From contig CAXBMW010000002.1 in NCBI GenBank assembly GCA_963977025.1, forward strand, positions 57,641 to 121,640: DNA of 64,000 nt, written 5' to 3'. A program made the translations under genes and the position numbers. Below are positions 35,388 to 46,358 of the stretch, in pieces. Within the stretch, counting starts at the first letter, position 1. Every line of letters begins with the position of its first letter. Below the pieces are notes generated by a model. The model had not been told where the DNA came from, made no database searches, and saw nothing but the letters and a program-made list of their open reading frames with translations. Source of the DNA: an uncultured Balneolaceae bacterium (GTDB lineage: Bacteria; Bacteroidota; Rhodothermia; Balneolales; Balneolaceae).

Positions 35388-37898
35388 ATGAAGCAATTCT
35401 ACAAAATAGTGAGCTTATCGCTGTTTGCTTGTATGATACTTGTTTTGAAAAGTCCAACTGTTGTAGCACAGGATCAGGATACACTGCTCGTAGAGTGGTA
35501 TGATGCTGAGAAACCGGGACCATTCAGTAACAACCTATACAATGTAATTCAAGCGGATACGAACGATCAAGGTGAACGTTACCCAAATCGTGTTTATCAA
35601 TTACGTAAAGGCGGTTTTTACTACCTAAGTGAAACAATTCAGAATGATGGATGGCATCTGAATATTGTAGGTAATGGTCCAAAAGATGTACCTGAGGATG
35701 GAGATAATCCACCGATGTTACAAATTGGAACGCGTGAAGATGCAACAAGCCCAACCAAAATGTTTAGAATACGTGGCGATTGGACTATTAAAAATGTAAT
35801 TGTAAACGGAAAAACTACATTAGGTTCATTGCCTTATGAAGTAATAGATGTTCGCTACGATGATGGTAGATTTGTTATTGATAATGTGATATTTGAGTAT
35901 GCTCAATGGGGCATTATGGGTATTTACTCTAAAAATGCAGACATCTTCTATACCAATAACATTTCAAGAAATTTAGTTTCTGAAAATGAACCTTGGGGTG
36001 GCCGTGGCCTTTCTATTTGGAGCGATGTTGATACCGTTTGGGTAGAAAATAACTCTTTCCATAACATCGGCTTTACAACACTTCAAATTGAAGGTGGTTC
36101 AGCTAATTATGTTTGGTTTAACCAAAACACTATTGTGAACAATGGTCGTCAAGTTGTTCTATGGCGCTGGGTTAAAGAAGCTTACTTCACAAATAACGTA
36201 GTCCTTAACGGATTCTGGCAAGGTGAAGATAAAAGTCAAATGGATGAAGAACGTCTTAATGGAACTGATCAACAGTATTCAGGAATGTTCGATATTATGA
36301 CGATTCCTTCAGAATATGGTTTAGATGCCCAACGTAGAATCGCTATTGCAAATAATGCCTTCTACATAGAGCAAGAGTATCTAGATTATTATACTGCTGA
36401 TAACGATACGTTTGACATTAGAAAGCAACCTTTATTAAACACTCGTATGACGAATTTATTCGATGCTAACGAGAATATGGTTGTTAAAGACAACTATTTT
36501 GATACCGAAGACCCTGGATTCGCAACGTACGCGGATAATCACCAAGATCGAATTGATTTTATTACTGACATTCGTCAAGCTAATTCGCCAATTCATTTAT
36601 ACTACTGGGATCCAAATAGATTGGACGATAATACTTCTGTACAATGGCCTCTACCTGAGGACTTATCTTACACCAATTCAACGTTGAATTCTGCTGCCTT
36701 AGGTGGACATCCACTTGGCGATTTGAACTGGAATCCTTCAGCAAAAGCTACTTGGGAAGCTAATAAAAGCACACAAGAAAGCTTGGTAAAAGGCTTACTT
36801 GGTGGTGTAATTGAAGTTACTTACGCTGGTACTATTGAAGGCGAGAAAGCTACATTTTCTGGCGGAACAGTGATAGAAGCAGCTCCAGCAAGACAACAAG
36901 TTCGTGTTGAAGCAGCTGGTACTATTGAGTGGGCTGATGTTAATATTGCAACTGCAGGCGACTATGATGTTCAGGTTAGCAAGAGAACTTGGTATTCTGA
37001 TACTAACCCTAACCGTGCAACAAGCTTATCTATTAATGATGGATCATCAATTGTAATCACTCTTGGAGAAGATCAAGATGGTACAACTTGGTCGACACCA
37101 ATCGCTAGTGGCGTAACTTTTTTAGAAGGCTCGAACAAAGTAGCCTTGAAGAAAAATTGGGGCTACATGGAGTACCAATGGGTTAAAATCCTAGAAGCTG
37201 GTACTGAAAATGTAGTTGCTACATTATGGCCTGGTGAAGCGGAATTAATCGATGGTGGTTCATATCAATGTCCTGCTGGCGGAATTTGTGCTAGTAAAGA
37301 TAACTTAGCTGATACTAAAGATGGCGGTTCTCTTACCATGAATTTTGATTCAGATGGTACAGGTAGCTATACACTTAAACTAAATTATATGCTTACTGAT
37401 GGTGACAAAGATGTAACCGTTAGTTTGAATGGTTCTGAAGTTATTAACCAAACGCTTACTGCAACTGGTGATTCAGTTTATACTGAACTTAACTTAAACG
37501 GATTTGATTTTAGCTCAGGTAGTAACGAAATAGTTATTAATGCTGCTTCTGGTGGTGTTCAAGTTGATAAAGTAGATTTCTTCGTTATTGGTGATTTAAC
37601 ACCAGTATCAAACGAAGATGAAATCGACTTGGTAAATAGCTTTAGCTTAAGCCAAAACTATCCTAACCCGTTTAACCCTACAACTAACATCAACTTTAAC
37701 TTACCTGTTTCGGCAAACGTGAGTTTAAAAGTGTACAACTTGTTAGGTCAAGAAGTACAGTCGTTGTTGAATGAAGCGAGATCAGCAGGATCTTACACCG
37801 TAAAATTCGATGCTAGAAACCTAGCCTCTGGTGTATACTTCTACCGTTTAGAAGCTGGTAGCTTTGTAACTCAACGCAAAATGACGTTGATTAAATAA
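35388..37898 (+). CDS. T9SS-secreted protein with a right-handed beta-helix N-terminal region, CBM6/35-like modules and a type-A CTD
   Basis: Has an SPI signal (LVLKSPTVVAQD). Beta-helix style repeats follow (NVIFEYAQWGIMGIYSKN, VWVENNSFHNIGFTTLQIEGG, FNQNTIVNNGRQ, FTNNVVLNGF). The CBM-like segments are EGEKATFSGG...AGTIEWADVNIATAGDYDV and YTLKLNYMLTDGD. The CTD FSLSQNYPNPFNPTTNI...SGVYFYRL...MTLIK spans 37641-37895. Confidence 0.8.
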   Translation: MKQFYKIVSLSLFACMILVLKSPTVVAQDQDTLLVEWYDAEKPGPFSNNLYNVIQADTNDQGERYPNRVYQLRKGGFYYLSETIQNDGWHLNIVGNGPKDVPEDGDNPPMLQIGTREDATSPTKMFRIRGDWTIKNVIVNGKTTLGSLPYEVIDVRYDDGRFVIDNVIFEYAQWGIMGIYSKNADIFYTNNISRNLVSENEPWGGRGLSIWSDVDTVWVENNSFHNIGFTTLQIEGGSANYVWFNQNTIVNNGRQVVLWRWVKEAYFTNNVVLNGFWQGEDKSQMDEERLNGTDQQYSGMFDIMTIPSEYGLDAQRRIAIANNAFYIEQEYLDYYTADNDTFDIRKQPLLNTRMTNLFDANENMVVKDNYFDTEDPGFATYADNHQDRIDFITDIRQANSPIHLYYWDPNRLDDNTSVQWPLPEDLSYTNSTLNSAALGGHPLGDLNWNPSAKATWEANKSTQESLVKGLLGGVIEVTYAGTIEGEKATFSGGTVIEAAPARQQVRVEAAGTIEWADVNIATAGDYDVQVSKRTWYSDTNPNRATSLSINDGSSIVITLGEDQDGTTWSTPIASGVTFLEGSNKVALKKNWGYMEYQWVKILEAGTENVVATLWPGEAELIDGGSYQCPAGGICASKDNLADTKDGGSLTMNFDSDGTGSYTLKLNYMLTDGDKDVTVSLNGSEVINQTLTATGDSVYTELNLNGFDFSSGSNEIVINAASGGVQVDKVDFFVIGDLTPVSNEDEIDLVNSFSLSQNYPNPFNPTTNINFNLPVSANVSLKVYNLLGQEVQSLLNEARSAGSYTVKFDARNLASGVYFYRLEAGSFVTQRKMTLIK

Positions 37899-37925
37899 AT
37901 CATTTTTTCATAAATGTTTACCATT

Positions 37926-37956
37926 GGATGGTGGATGAAACCACCATCCTTTTTTT
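37926..37956 (+). terminator. Rho-independent terminator
   Basis: A 9-bp GC-rich stem, ggatggtgg (37926-37934) / ccaccatcc (37941-37949), has a 6-nt loop and is followed by ttttttt. Confidence 0.8.
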
Positions 37957-37977
37957 AAACTCACTCACATTAGACCT

Positions 37978-39810
37978 ATGAAACTTAGCCTCATCGATAT
38001 CCTTATTGTGTTAGCATATTTGCTAGTTACAATTGTGATTGGCTTAGCGCTTAAAAAGAAAGCACAAAAATCAAAAAGCTCTTATTTACTCGGAGGAAAT
38101 GAAATTCCGTGGTATATGTTAGGGCTCTCAAACGCTTCGGGCATGTTCGATATTTCAGGAACTGTTTGGCTCGTTACCATTCTTTTTGTTTATGGTGTTA
38201 AAAGCATTTGGCTGCCTTGGCTATGGCCTGTTTTTAATCAGATATTCTTGATGATGTTCCTTTCTGTCTGGTTACGTCGATCTAACGTAACAACTGGTGC
38301 AGAGTGGATTAAAACACGGTTTGGAACCAAAAAAGGATCCGAACAATCTCACATTATTGTAGTTATTTTCGCCCTGATTATGGGGCTTGGTTACCTTACT
38401 TACGGCTTTATCGGCCTAGGAAAATTTGTTGAAATATTTATCCCCTGGGAGTTTTTAAGCCAATACATTCCTTTTAACATTCCATTAGAATACGTGCCTC
38501 ATTTCTATGGAATTATATTCACTTGCTTTGCCATCTTTTATTCCTTGATGGGAGGGATGCTAAGTATTGTTTGGGCTGATGTAGTACAATATCTAATTAT
38601 GGCCGTGTCTGGTATCGTAATTGGAGTTATAGCTATGAACGCTCTAGCCGCAAATACTTTGGTTATTCCAGATGGTTGGCTCAATCCATTTTTTGGTTGG
38701 GAACTAACACTAGATTGGACTGGAATAATTACTGAAGCCAATCAGAAAATTGCAGAAGATGGGTACACTCTTTTTGGTGCTCTTTTCATGATGATGATTT
38801 TTAAAGGAGTGTTAGTAAGTTTGGCTGGCCCGGCACCAAATTACGATATGCAGAAAATCCTTTCTACAAAGTCGGAAAGAGAAGCAGCGTTAATGAGTGG
38901 TTCAGTTTCTCTTATTCTTATGCCAATCCGCTATTTTATGATTGCAGGTTTCGCAGTGCTAGGCCTCATATTTTATGATCAATTAGATTTGATAGTACCT
39001 GGACGTGGTTTAGATTTTGAACAAATTCTGCCGTCAGCAATTAATCAGTTTGTGCCTGTAGGATTCCTTGGTTTGTTACTTGCAGGACTTCTAGCTGCGT
39101 TTATGTCCACTTTTGCAGGAACACTTAATGCTACTCAAGCTTATATCGTAAACGATATTTATCTCAAATACATCAACCCGAAAGCAGATAATCTCAAAAT
39201 AAAGAGCATTAACTACGTGGCGGGTTTATTGATGGTTGCCATTAGTGTGGTATTCGGCTTTTTTGCAAAAGATGTTAACGATGTATTGCAATGGATTGTA
39301 GGTGGGCTTTACGGGAGTTATGTAGCTGCAAATATCCTTAAATGGTATTGGTGGCGATTTAATGGTAGTGGCTTTTTCTGGGGAATGGTAGGGGGCTTAA
39401 TTCCAGCTCTGACCTTCCGGTTTATCTTTGATGGTATTTTGGATACATACACGTTCCCATTAATGCTTCTTATCTCTGTAATTGCCTGTTTGATTGGAAC
39501 ATACTCCGCACCACCAGTTGAAGAAGAAGTACTTAAAAAATTCTATAAAAATGTACGCCCTTGGGGTTTTTGGAAACCAATTCACAACCTAGTTGTGGCT
39601 GAGGATCCAACATTCGATAAAAACACATCCTTCAAAAAAGATATGTTCAATGTGGGGATTGGTATCATTTGGCAAACAGCTTTAGTGGCTTTCCCTATTT
39701 ATTTAATACTGATGAAAGTAGTGCCATTGTCGATTACAGTTATTGTAATCCTAATTACTACCTACATCCTTAAAAAAACCTGGTACGACAAATTACCACA
39801 AGATAATTGA
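37978..39810 (+). CDS. Sodium:solute symporter family (SSF) sugar transporter
   Basis: It has about 13-14 TM helices and SSF-type N-terminal motifs ([23 protein letters not shown]). It sits next to the phosphorylase and epimerase genes, as in characterised mannobiose pathways. Confidence 0.9.
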   Translation: MKLSLIDILIVLAYLLVTIVIGLALKKKAQKSKSSYLLGGNEIPWYMLGLSNASGMFDISGTVWLVTILFVYGVKSIWLPWLWPVFNQIFLMMFLSVWLRRSNVTTGAEWIKTRFGTKKGSEQSHIIVVIFALIMGLGYLTYGFIGLGKFVEIFIPWEFLSQYIPFNIPLEYVPHFYGIIFTCFAIFYSLMGGMLSIVWADVVQYLIMAVSGIVIGVIAMNALAANTLVIPDGWLNPFFGWELTLDWTGIITEANQKIAEDGYTLFGALFMMMIFKGVLVSLAGPAPNYDMQKILSTKSEREAALMSGSVSLILMPIRYFMIAGFAVLGLIFYDQLDLIVPGRGLDFEQILPSAINQFVPVGFLGLLLAGLLAAFMSTFAGTLNATQAYIVNDIYLKYINPKADNLKIKSINYVAGLLMVAISVVFGFFAKDVNDVLQWIVGGLYGSYVAANILKWYWWRFNGSGFFWGMVGGLIPALTFRFIFDGILDTYTFPLMLLISVIACLIGTYSAPPVEEEVLKKFYKNVRPWGFWKPIHNLVVAEDPTFDKNTSFKKDMFNVGIGIIWQTALVAFPIYLILMKVVPLSITVIVILITTYILKKTWYDKLPQDN

Positions 39811-39844
39811 GCAACCCGTATTTCATTGTAAGAGTTATATAAAA

Positions 39845-41020
39845 ATGTCAGAACTATTTAATCAAAGAAAAGAATCATTACTTGAGCAACACCAAACGCT
39901 CTTATCTCAGAAGAATACAGCAGAAACACTTGGTAATGGGATCTATACCAAATACCAGCATCCAGTTTTAACCGCAGATCATGCGCCGCTGAATTGGCGT
40001 TATGATTTCAATCCTCAAACAAATCCATTCTTGATGGAGCGCTTTGGCATAAACGCCACGTTCAACTCTGGGGCGATTAAGTTTGGCGAAAAGTATGTGT
40101 TAGCGGTTCGGGTAGAAGGTAACGACAGAAAGTCATTTTTTGCGATTGCCGAAAGTGATAACCCAACCGAAGGTTTTGTATTTAGAAATGCTCCTATTTT
40201 AATTCCCGAAACGGATATTCAGGATACCAACCTGTATGATATGCGTTTAACAAAGCATGAAGATGGTTGGATTTATGGTATTTTCTGTACGGAACGCAAA
40301 GATACACGAGTTCCTGCAAGCGATACTAGTAGCGCGATTGCCCAAGCTGGCATTGTACGAACCAAAGATTTAGAACATTGGGAACGTCTTCCTGATTTAA
40401 AAACGAATTCAGAACAACAGCGAAATGTAGTATTACATCCAGAGTTTGTTGATGGGAAATACGCACTTTATACTCGACCACAAGATGGATTTATAGATGC
40501 CGGCTCAGGTGGCGGTATTGGCTGGGCACTTGCCGATTCAATGGAAAATGCAGTAGTTGAAGATGAGTTGGTGATAGATCAACGGATTTATCATACCATT
40601 AAAGAAGTTAAAAATGGACAAGGACCGGCTCCGATAAAAACCGAGAAAGGCTGGCTACATTTAGCTCATGGCGTTAGAAACACCGCTGCTGGTTTACGTT
40701 ATGTGCTCTACCTTTTTATGACAGATTTAAAAGAACCTTGGAAGCTCACTTACAGTCCTGGTGGCCATTTAATCGCGCCAAAAGGTGGCGAAAGAGTTGG
40801 GGACGTTTCTAATGTAGTTTTTAGTAATGGCTGGATTGAAGATGCTGACGGTTCTATCTACATCTATTACGCATCATCTGATACTCGTCTTCATGTAGCA
40901 AAAACTTCTGTAGCGCAGCTATTAGATTATGCTATGAATACCCCAGAAGATGGGTTGAGAGCTTATACAAGTGTTGAAAGCATTCTAAAGATAGTTGAAA
41001 GTAATAAGGGGTTAATTTAA
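39845..41020 (+). CDS. GH130 subfamily-1 4-O-beta-D-mannosyl-D-glucose phosphorylase-like enzyme
   Basis: It has the long N-terminal helix region characteristic of mannosylglucose phosphorylases ([74 protein letters not shown]). The GH130 core follows ([47 protein letters not shown]). Confidence 0.9.
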   Translation: MSELFNQRKESLLEQHQTLLSQKNTAETLGNGIYTKYQHPVLTADHAPLNWRYDFNPQTNPFLMERFGINATFNSGAIKFGEKYVLAVRVEGNDRKSFFAIAESDNPTEGFVFRNAPILIPETDIQDTNLYDMRLTKHEDGWIYGIFCTERKDTRVPASDTSSAIAQAGIVRTKDLEHWERLPDLKTNSEQQRNVVLHPEFVDGKYALYTRPQDGFIDAGSGGGIGWALADSMENAVVEDELVIDQRIYHTIKEVKNGQGPAPIKTEKGWLHLAHGVRNTAAGLRYVLYLFMTDLKEPWKLTYSPGGHLIAPKGGERVGDVSNVVFSNGWIEDADGSIYIYYASSDTRLHVAKTSVAQLLDYAMNTPEDGLRAYTSVESILKIVESNKGLI

Positions 41021-41029
41021 AAGAGGTTG

Positions 41030-42274
41030 ATGAAAGAAACTGAAATTCTCATAGAGCTAAAGACAGAGTTTAAAAACGAACTCACAGAGAATATCCTTTA
41101 TTACTGGTTAAATAATACCATAGATGAAAAAAATGGTGGATATGTGGGAAGCATTAATTGCGATAACGTTCCCCAGTTCGACGATCCGAAAGGTGGTATT
41201 CTACATTCTAGAATATTATGGACTTTTTCGGCAGCGTATAAAGCTTTTGGAAATGAGGAGTATAAACTAGCCGCAGATAGAGCATATTTGTATCTAAAAG
41301 ATCACTTTATCGATAAAGAAAACGGCGGAACTTATTGGATGGTAGATGCAAATGGTAAACCTTCTGAAGATCGTAAACACGTTTATGCCCAAGCTTTCTC
41401 AATTTATAGTTTAGCAGAATATTTTCTAGCTGTTAAAGATGAGGAAGCTCTTAACCATGCCATAGCTTTATATAACCTCATCGAAAAACACGCAGCAGAT
41501 ACTGAGAATGGAGGCTATTTTGAAGCCTTTAGCTGTGAATGGAAACTGATTGAAGATGTTAGGCTTAGTGACAAGGATGAAAACGAGCCTAAAAGCATGA
41601 ACACACATCTTCATATTTTGGAAGGCTACACCAACCTTTATCGGGCTTGGCCAAATGCAAAATTAAAAGAACAACTAACCACGTTGGTTCAAATATTTAT
41701 AGATAAAATTGTGAATGAGTCTCGCACATCTATGATAAATTTTATGGATTTAGATTGGACTCCAAAATCGGATATCATTTCATTTGGCCACGACATAGAA
41801 ACAACTTGGCTTCTTTGTGAAGCTGTAAATGTTTTGGGTGATAAAAGCCTTCTTGATAAAGTGAACACGATAGCAATTTCTGTAGCAGAGTCTGTTATCA
41901 GTAATGGCATTGATAAGGATGGTGGGCTTATCAACGAAGCTAATCTGTCTGGAATTACTGATTCAGACAAAGATTGGTGGCCACAAGCGGAAGCTGTTAT
42001 TGGGTTTCTAAATGCTTACGAGATTTCTGGAAGAAAAGAATTTTTGCAAGCCTCTTTTAATAGCTGGGATTTTATCAAAAATTACATGATTGATTATACC
42101 TACGGCGAGTGGTTTGAAAAAGTAAATCAAGAAGGCGAACCTTATAAAGAAATGGATAAGGTTCGGTCTTGGAAAGGGCCATATCACAATGGAAGAGCTG
42201 CATTAGAGGTAATGGAACGTGTTGATTGCCTTTTTTCTACCAAAAAAAAATTAAATAAAAAAGAAATAGCTTAA
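41030..42274 (+). CDS. N-acylglucosamine 2-epimerase (AGE) superfamily, cellobiose/mannobiose 2-epimerase-like
   Basis: AGE-fold repeats are present (ILYYWLNNTIDEKNGGYVG, RILWTFSAAY, HVYAQAFSIYSLAEYF, NTHLHILEGYTNLY, WWPQAEAVIGFLNAY, KGPYHNGRA). It starts 6-9 nt after the phosphorylase gene. I prefer the ATG at 41030 over the TTG at 41027. Confidence 0.85.
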   Translation: MKETEILIELKTEFKNELTENILYYWLNNTIDEKNGGYVGSINCDNVPQFDDPKGGILHSRILWTFSAAYKAFGNEEYKLAADRAYLYLKDHFIDKENGGTYWMVDANGKPSEDRKHVYAQAFSIYSLAEYFLAVKDEEALNHAIALYNLIEKHAADTENGGYFEAFSCEWKLIEDVRLSDKDENEPKSMNTHLHILEGYTNLYRAWPNAKLKEQLTTLVQIFIDKIVNESRTSMINFMDLDWTPKSDIISFGHDIETTWLLCEAVNVLGDKSLLDKVNTIAISVAESVISNGIDKDGGLINEANLSGITDSDKDWWPQAEAVIGFLNAYEISGRKEFLQASFNSWDFIKNYMIDYTYGEWFEKVNQEGEPYKEMDKVRSWKGPYHNGRAALEVMERVDCLFSTKKKLNKKEIA

Positions 42275-42285
42275 CGTATAGATTT

Positions 42286-45027
42286 ATGAAAAAAAGCCTT
42301 CTCTTTCTGTTAATCTGTATTAGCCTTTCTGCTAACTCATACAGCCAAGTTGATAATAGAATACACTATAACAACCAAGATTTGTGGGTTAATGGAGGGA
42401 ATATTGCTTGGGTTAATTTTGGTAGAGATATTGGGCCAGGTAACACACCTCTTAATGATTTTGAAAGCATGTTTACCCAAGTTAGAGAGAATGGGGGAAA
42501 CACCATGCGCTTTTGGACTCATATTGATGGGAGAAGTACTCCAAGTTGGGACGGAAATGAAGTAACAGGACCTGGCGATGGTACGATTGAAGATTTAAGA
42601 ACAATCCTTGATATGGCTTGGGAGAATAACGTTAGTCTAGTTCTTTGTCTTTGGTCGTTCGATATGCTGAGAACTTCATCAGGCACAACCATAACAAATC
42701 GTGCTAAAGCTTTGTTAGAAGACTCTACATTAACCGAGACTTATATCCAAAATTCACTTATACCTATGGTGGAAGCATTGGGAGATCACCCTGCAATTCA
42801 AGCTTGGGAAATTTTTAATGAGCCAGAAGGAATGAGTAATGAGTTTGGATGGGGAGACATTCGCCATACAGCAATGGCAAATATTCAACGCTTTGTAAAC
42901 CAAACTGCGGGTGCTATACACCGTACTAATCCAAATGCATTGGTTTCGAATGGAGCTTGGAGCTTTAGTGCTCTTGCTACTACCTCTAGAAGTAAATCCA
43001 AAAACTATTACTCCGACGCTGAACTTATTGCAGCTGGTGGGGATTCTTTGGGTACGTTAGATTTTTATATGGTTCACTATTATGAATCTTTTGGTACAGA
43101 CTTATCTCCGTTTCACCATGATAAGTCGACATGGAATTTAGACAAACCATTAGTAATTGGAGAGTTTGGAGTTCCTTCGTCATCACTTTATGGTATACCA
43201 AAAGAGGATCTTTACGAGACGCTTTACAACAGAGGTTACGCTGGTGCATTGGTTTGGCAATGGGTTGATTGGGCTCAAGATAGAGGAACTTATGGACCAA
43301 GCTGGTTACGTGGTTTGGATCAAATGAGCTACATGCGAGATACTTATTTCGAAGATGTTAGTATCATTAATTATTCACCAATAGTTCGTGAATTTAGAGC
43401 CTCCATTCCAGAAGTTGAAGCCGGAGGACAAACGGAGCTTCACTGGGTAGTATTTAATGCAGAGACGGTAACGTTGAATGGAGTTTCAGTTGATGCTGAA
43501 GAAGGCTCACAAATAGAAACTCTTACCGAGACAACTACATTTACACTAATTGCAACAGGTGCTGAAGGTGCTAAAGACTCAAGTACTGTAACTATCAATG
43601 TAGTTCCTGCTGGGCTTATAAACAGAGCGTTAGGGAAACCTTCAAGAGCTTCAACGTTTGAAACCTGTTGTGGCGAAAATCGTGTTTCCGCACTCGCTTT
43701 TGATGGCGATACAACTACTAGATGGAGTAGCGCTTGGAGCGACGGTAGCGGACTAACAGATGAAGATCCAAACACCGATGAGAATCCTGAAGACGAGTGG
43801 ATTGAAGTTGATTTGGAGAAAGCTCATAAAGTCGGTTCAGTACTTCTTAACTGGGAAGATGCCCATTCAACGGAATACAGCTTACAAACATCATTAGATG
43901 GACAAAGCTGGACAACGGTTTATTCTGATAATAATGCTGATGGTGGAATTGACTCTATCGCTTTTTCAGAACCTGAACGTGCCCGTTTTGTTCGGATGCA
44001 TGGAACAGCTAAAACACCAACTTTTGGTCATTCTCTGTGGGAATTCGAAGTACGTGGTTCTGTTTCAGTAGAACAGCCACCTAGCATTGCAATCGTCTCC
44101 CCATCAAACTATAAAGCTGTACCAGTTGGTGGAGATGTAGAAGTAAAAGTAGAAGCAACCGACATCAACGGAACCATAGAATATGTATCATTTTTTGTTA
44201 ATGGTGATTCTGTTGGGGTAGATGCTACCGCTCCTTATGCGTTCACTTTCGCTGATATTACTGAAGGTGAGCATATCATCTACGCAAAAGCAAAAGATGA
44301 CGAAGGGTTTATTGTTCAGTCTTATCCAGTTACTGTAGAAGGGCGAACAGATATTGTTGTAGTTAGGCTGGAAGCAGAAGACGCAACTCTAACAGGTGCG
44401 ACCTCAATAAAACTGGGCGAAAGTGGAGCTAGCCGTGGTATAGCTGTCAGTATGGAAGGAAGTGGACGGATTACCTGGGACAATTTAACATTCCCAGAGG
44501 CAGAAGAGTATGATATTACCATTCGATACTTTTTACCTTTCGACTATAAAGAGCAAGAGTTGATGGTTAACGGGAATATCGTTGATACTCTAAAATTCAA
44601 TCTACCGGTAGAAGAGTGGCAAAGTCTAAAAACAACAATTTCGTCTGAAGGCCCACTTACCTCTATAGCAATTGATCATTACTGGGGTTACATGCGTTTC
44701 GATTATATCGAAATAACTGCTCAAGATATTCCAATAGCAAATGAAGAAGACAGCTTTTTGCCAAAAGATATAGTACTTCAGCAGAACTATCCAAATCCAT
44801 TCAATCCGACAACAAATATAGTTTACACCTTGCCTCAAACTGCAAATGTACGTTTAAGTGTGTACAATCTTTTAGGGCAAGAAGTAGAGCAACTAGTGAA
44901 CGGTCGCCAATCGGCAGGCTCGTACACAGCAACGTGGGATGCCTCAACAATGGCAAGTGGAGTGTACTTGTACAAACTAAGTGTTGGCGGTAAGGATATC
45001 TCCAAAAAAATGGTTCTTATCAAGTAA
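42286..45027 (+). CDS. T9SS-secreted multidomain GH5 endo-beta-mannanase (GH5 + F5/8 type C/CBM32-like + Ig-like + CBM6-like + CTD)
   Basis: The GH5 acid/base motif is WEIFNEPEG and the nucleophile is LVIGEFG. The discoidin-like region reads ALAFDGDTTTRWSSAW...LWEFEVRG. An Ig-like segment is ATAPYAFTF. The CBM-like region reads RLEAEDATLTG...YMRFDYIEI. The CTD IVLQQNYPNPFNPTTNI...SGVYLYKL...MVLIK spans 44770-45024. Confidence 0.85.
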   Translation: MKKSLLFLLICISLSANSYSQVDNRIHYNNQDLWVNGGNIAWVNFGRDIGPGNTPLNDFESMFTQVRENGGNTMRFWTHIDGRSTPSWDGNEVTGPGDGTIEDLRTILDMAWENNVSLVLCLWSFDMLRTSSGTTITNRAKALLEDSTLTETYIQNSLIPMVEALGDHPAIQAWEIFNEPEGMSNEFGWGDIRHTAMANIQRFVNQTAGAIHRTNPNALVSNGAWSFSALATTSRSKSKNYYSDAELIAAGGDSLGTLDFYMVHYYESFGTDLSPFHHDKSTWNLDKPLVIGEFGVPSSSLYGIPKEDLYETLYNRGYAGALVWQWVDWAQDRGTYGPSWLRGLDQMSYMRDTYFEDVSIINYSPIVREFRASIPEVEAGGQTELHWVVFNAETVTLNGVSVDAEEGSQIETLTETTTFTLIATGAEGAKDSSTVTINVVPAGLINRALGKPSRASTFETCCGENRVSALAFDGDTTTRWSSAWSDGSGLTDEDPNTDENPEDEWIEVDLEKAHKVGSVLLNWEDAHSTEYSLQTSLDGQSWTTVYSDNNADGGIDSIAFSEPERARFVRMHGTAKTPTFGHSLWEFEVRGSVSVEQPPSIAIVSPSNYKAVPVGGDVEVKVEATDINGTIEYVSFFVNGDSVGVDATAPYAFTFADITEGEHIIYAKAKDDEGFIVQSYPVTVEGRTDIVVVRLEAEDATLTGATSIKLGESGASRGIAVSMEGSGRITWDNLTFPEAEEYDITIRYFLPFDYKEQELMVNGNIVDTLKFNLPVEEWQSLKTTISSEGPLTSIAIDHYWGYMRFDYIEITAQDIPIANEEDSFLPKDIVLQQNYPNPFNPTTNIVYTLPQTANVRLSVYNLLGQEVEQLVNGRQSAGSYTATWDASTMASGVYLYKLSVGGKDISKKMVLIK

Positions 45028-45045
45028 AAAAACAGGCTTAGACTC

Positions 45046-46350
45046 ATGAAACAACAGGTTTTAAAATTAATGATCATAGTTGGTGTTGCACTTTCTATGG
45101 CATGTTCAAGTCCAGAAGAGAAAGAAAATACTGGGTTTGTCAAAGTTGATAAAACTCAATTCTTGATTGATGGAGAAGCCTATAATTACGTAGGTACAAA
45201 TTTTTGGTATGGTGCTTATTTAGGAATGTCTGATGAGAAAGGCGATCGAGAACGGCTAAAAGCTGAACTTGATATCTTAGTAGAGCATGGAGTTACAAAC
45301 CTTCGAATTTTAGGTGCATCTGAGGAGTCTGAGTTTGAAAATTCATTGAAGCCCACCATCCTTAAGCCAGATGGTAGCTATAACGAAGAGTTACTTGTTG
45401 GGCTAGATTATCTACTTGCCGAAATGGCAAAAAGAGATATGAAAGCAGTAATCTTTCTGAATAATTACTGGGAATGGTCTGGTGGTATGATGGTGTACAA
45501 CTCTTGGTATGGTGATGGCCCAATAGTGGATCCAGCCGATGGTGATTGGGAAGCCTACATGTATCAGGTAGCACAATTCTACAAAAACGAAAAAGCCCAA
45601 GAAGCCTTCCGAAAGTATATCCATTTTCTTGTGAACCGAACAAATACGGTTACAAATACAATTTATGCTAACGATCCAGCTATAATGGCTTGGCAGTTGG
45701 CAAACGAACCGCGTCCTGGCCGTGGAGCGCGTAGTATTCCTGATATTCCTGTATATGTAGATTGGGTTGACAAAACTGCTGGCTATATAAAGTCATTAGA
45801 TTCTAACCACCTTGTTTCTACAGGTAGCGAAGGTAAAACAGGTAGCTTAGATTCTATGGAAGTATTCGTAGAAACACATAAAAGTCCGAATATTGATTAT
45901 CTAACTTTCCACATGTGGGCAAAGAATTGGGGATGGTTTAAAGCAGACGATATGGAAGGAACCTTCCCGAATACCATCAAAAATGCGACAGAGTATATTA
46001 CCTCTCATCTAAGTGTAGCCGAAGAATTACAAAAGCCTATTGTGATGGAAGAGTTTGGTCTAGGTCGTGATTATGAAAGCACAGAGCCTAGCTCATCGGT
46101 AGAGTACCGAAATAAATATTACGCAATGGTTTTTGAAATGGTTGAAAATAACGAAGCTTTTGTAGGCTCAAATTTCTGGAGTTGGGGTGGCTTAGGAGCT
46201 AAACAACACGAAGATGCAAAATGGAGAGTTGGAGATCCTTTTACAGGCGATCCACCCCAAGAACCTCAAGGTCTTAACTCTGTATTTGCAAATGACTCTT
46301 CAACTTTAGCTATTATAAAAAAACACTCGGAAAAGTTAAATAAGCATTGA
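45046..46350 (+). CDS. GH5 beta-mannanase/mannosidase lipoprotein
   Basis: Has a lipobox (VALSMACSS), the acid/base motif MAWQLANEPR, the nucleophile IVMEEFG and typical YNYVGTNFWYGAYLG and FLNNYWEWSGG. Confidence 0.85.
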   Translation: MKQQVLKLMIIVGVALSMACSSPEEKENTGFVKVDKTQFLIDGEAYNYVGTNFWYGAYLGMSDEKGDRERLKAELDILVEHGVTNLRILGASEESEFENSLKPTILKPDGSYNEELLVGLDYLLAEMAKRDMKAVIFLNNYWEWSGGMMVYNSWYGDGPIVDPADGDWEAYMYQVAQFYKNEKAQEAFRKYIHFLVNRTNTVTNTIYANDPAIMAWQLANEPRPGRGARSIPDIPVYVDWVDKTAGYIKSLDSNHLVSTGSEGKTGSLDSMEVFVETHKSPNIDYLTFHMWAKNWGWFKADDMEGTFPNTIKNATEYITSHLSVAEELQKPIVMEEFGLGRDYESTEPSSSVEYRNKYYAMVFEMVENNEAFVGSNFWSWGGLGAKQHEDAKWRVGDPFTGDPPQEPQGLNSVFANDSSTLAIIKKHSEKLNKH

Positions 46351-46358
46351 GATGTGTC

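Noticed and set aside
35243-35503. 86-aa ORF bridging the end of the TonB receptor and the start of the next gene
   Set aside because: It is out of frame with two well-supported genes and spans their intergenic gap, so it is an artefact of ORF calling.
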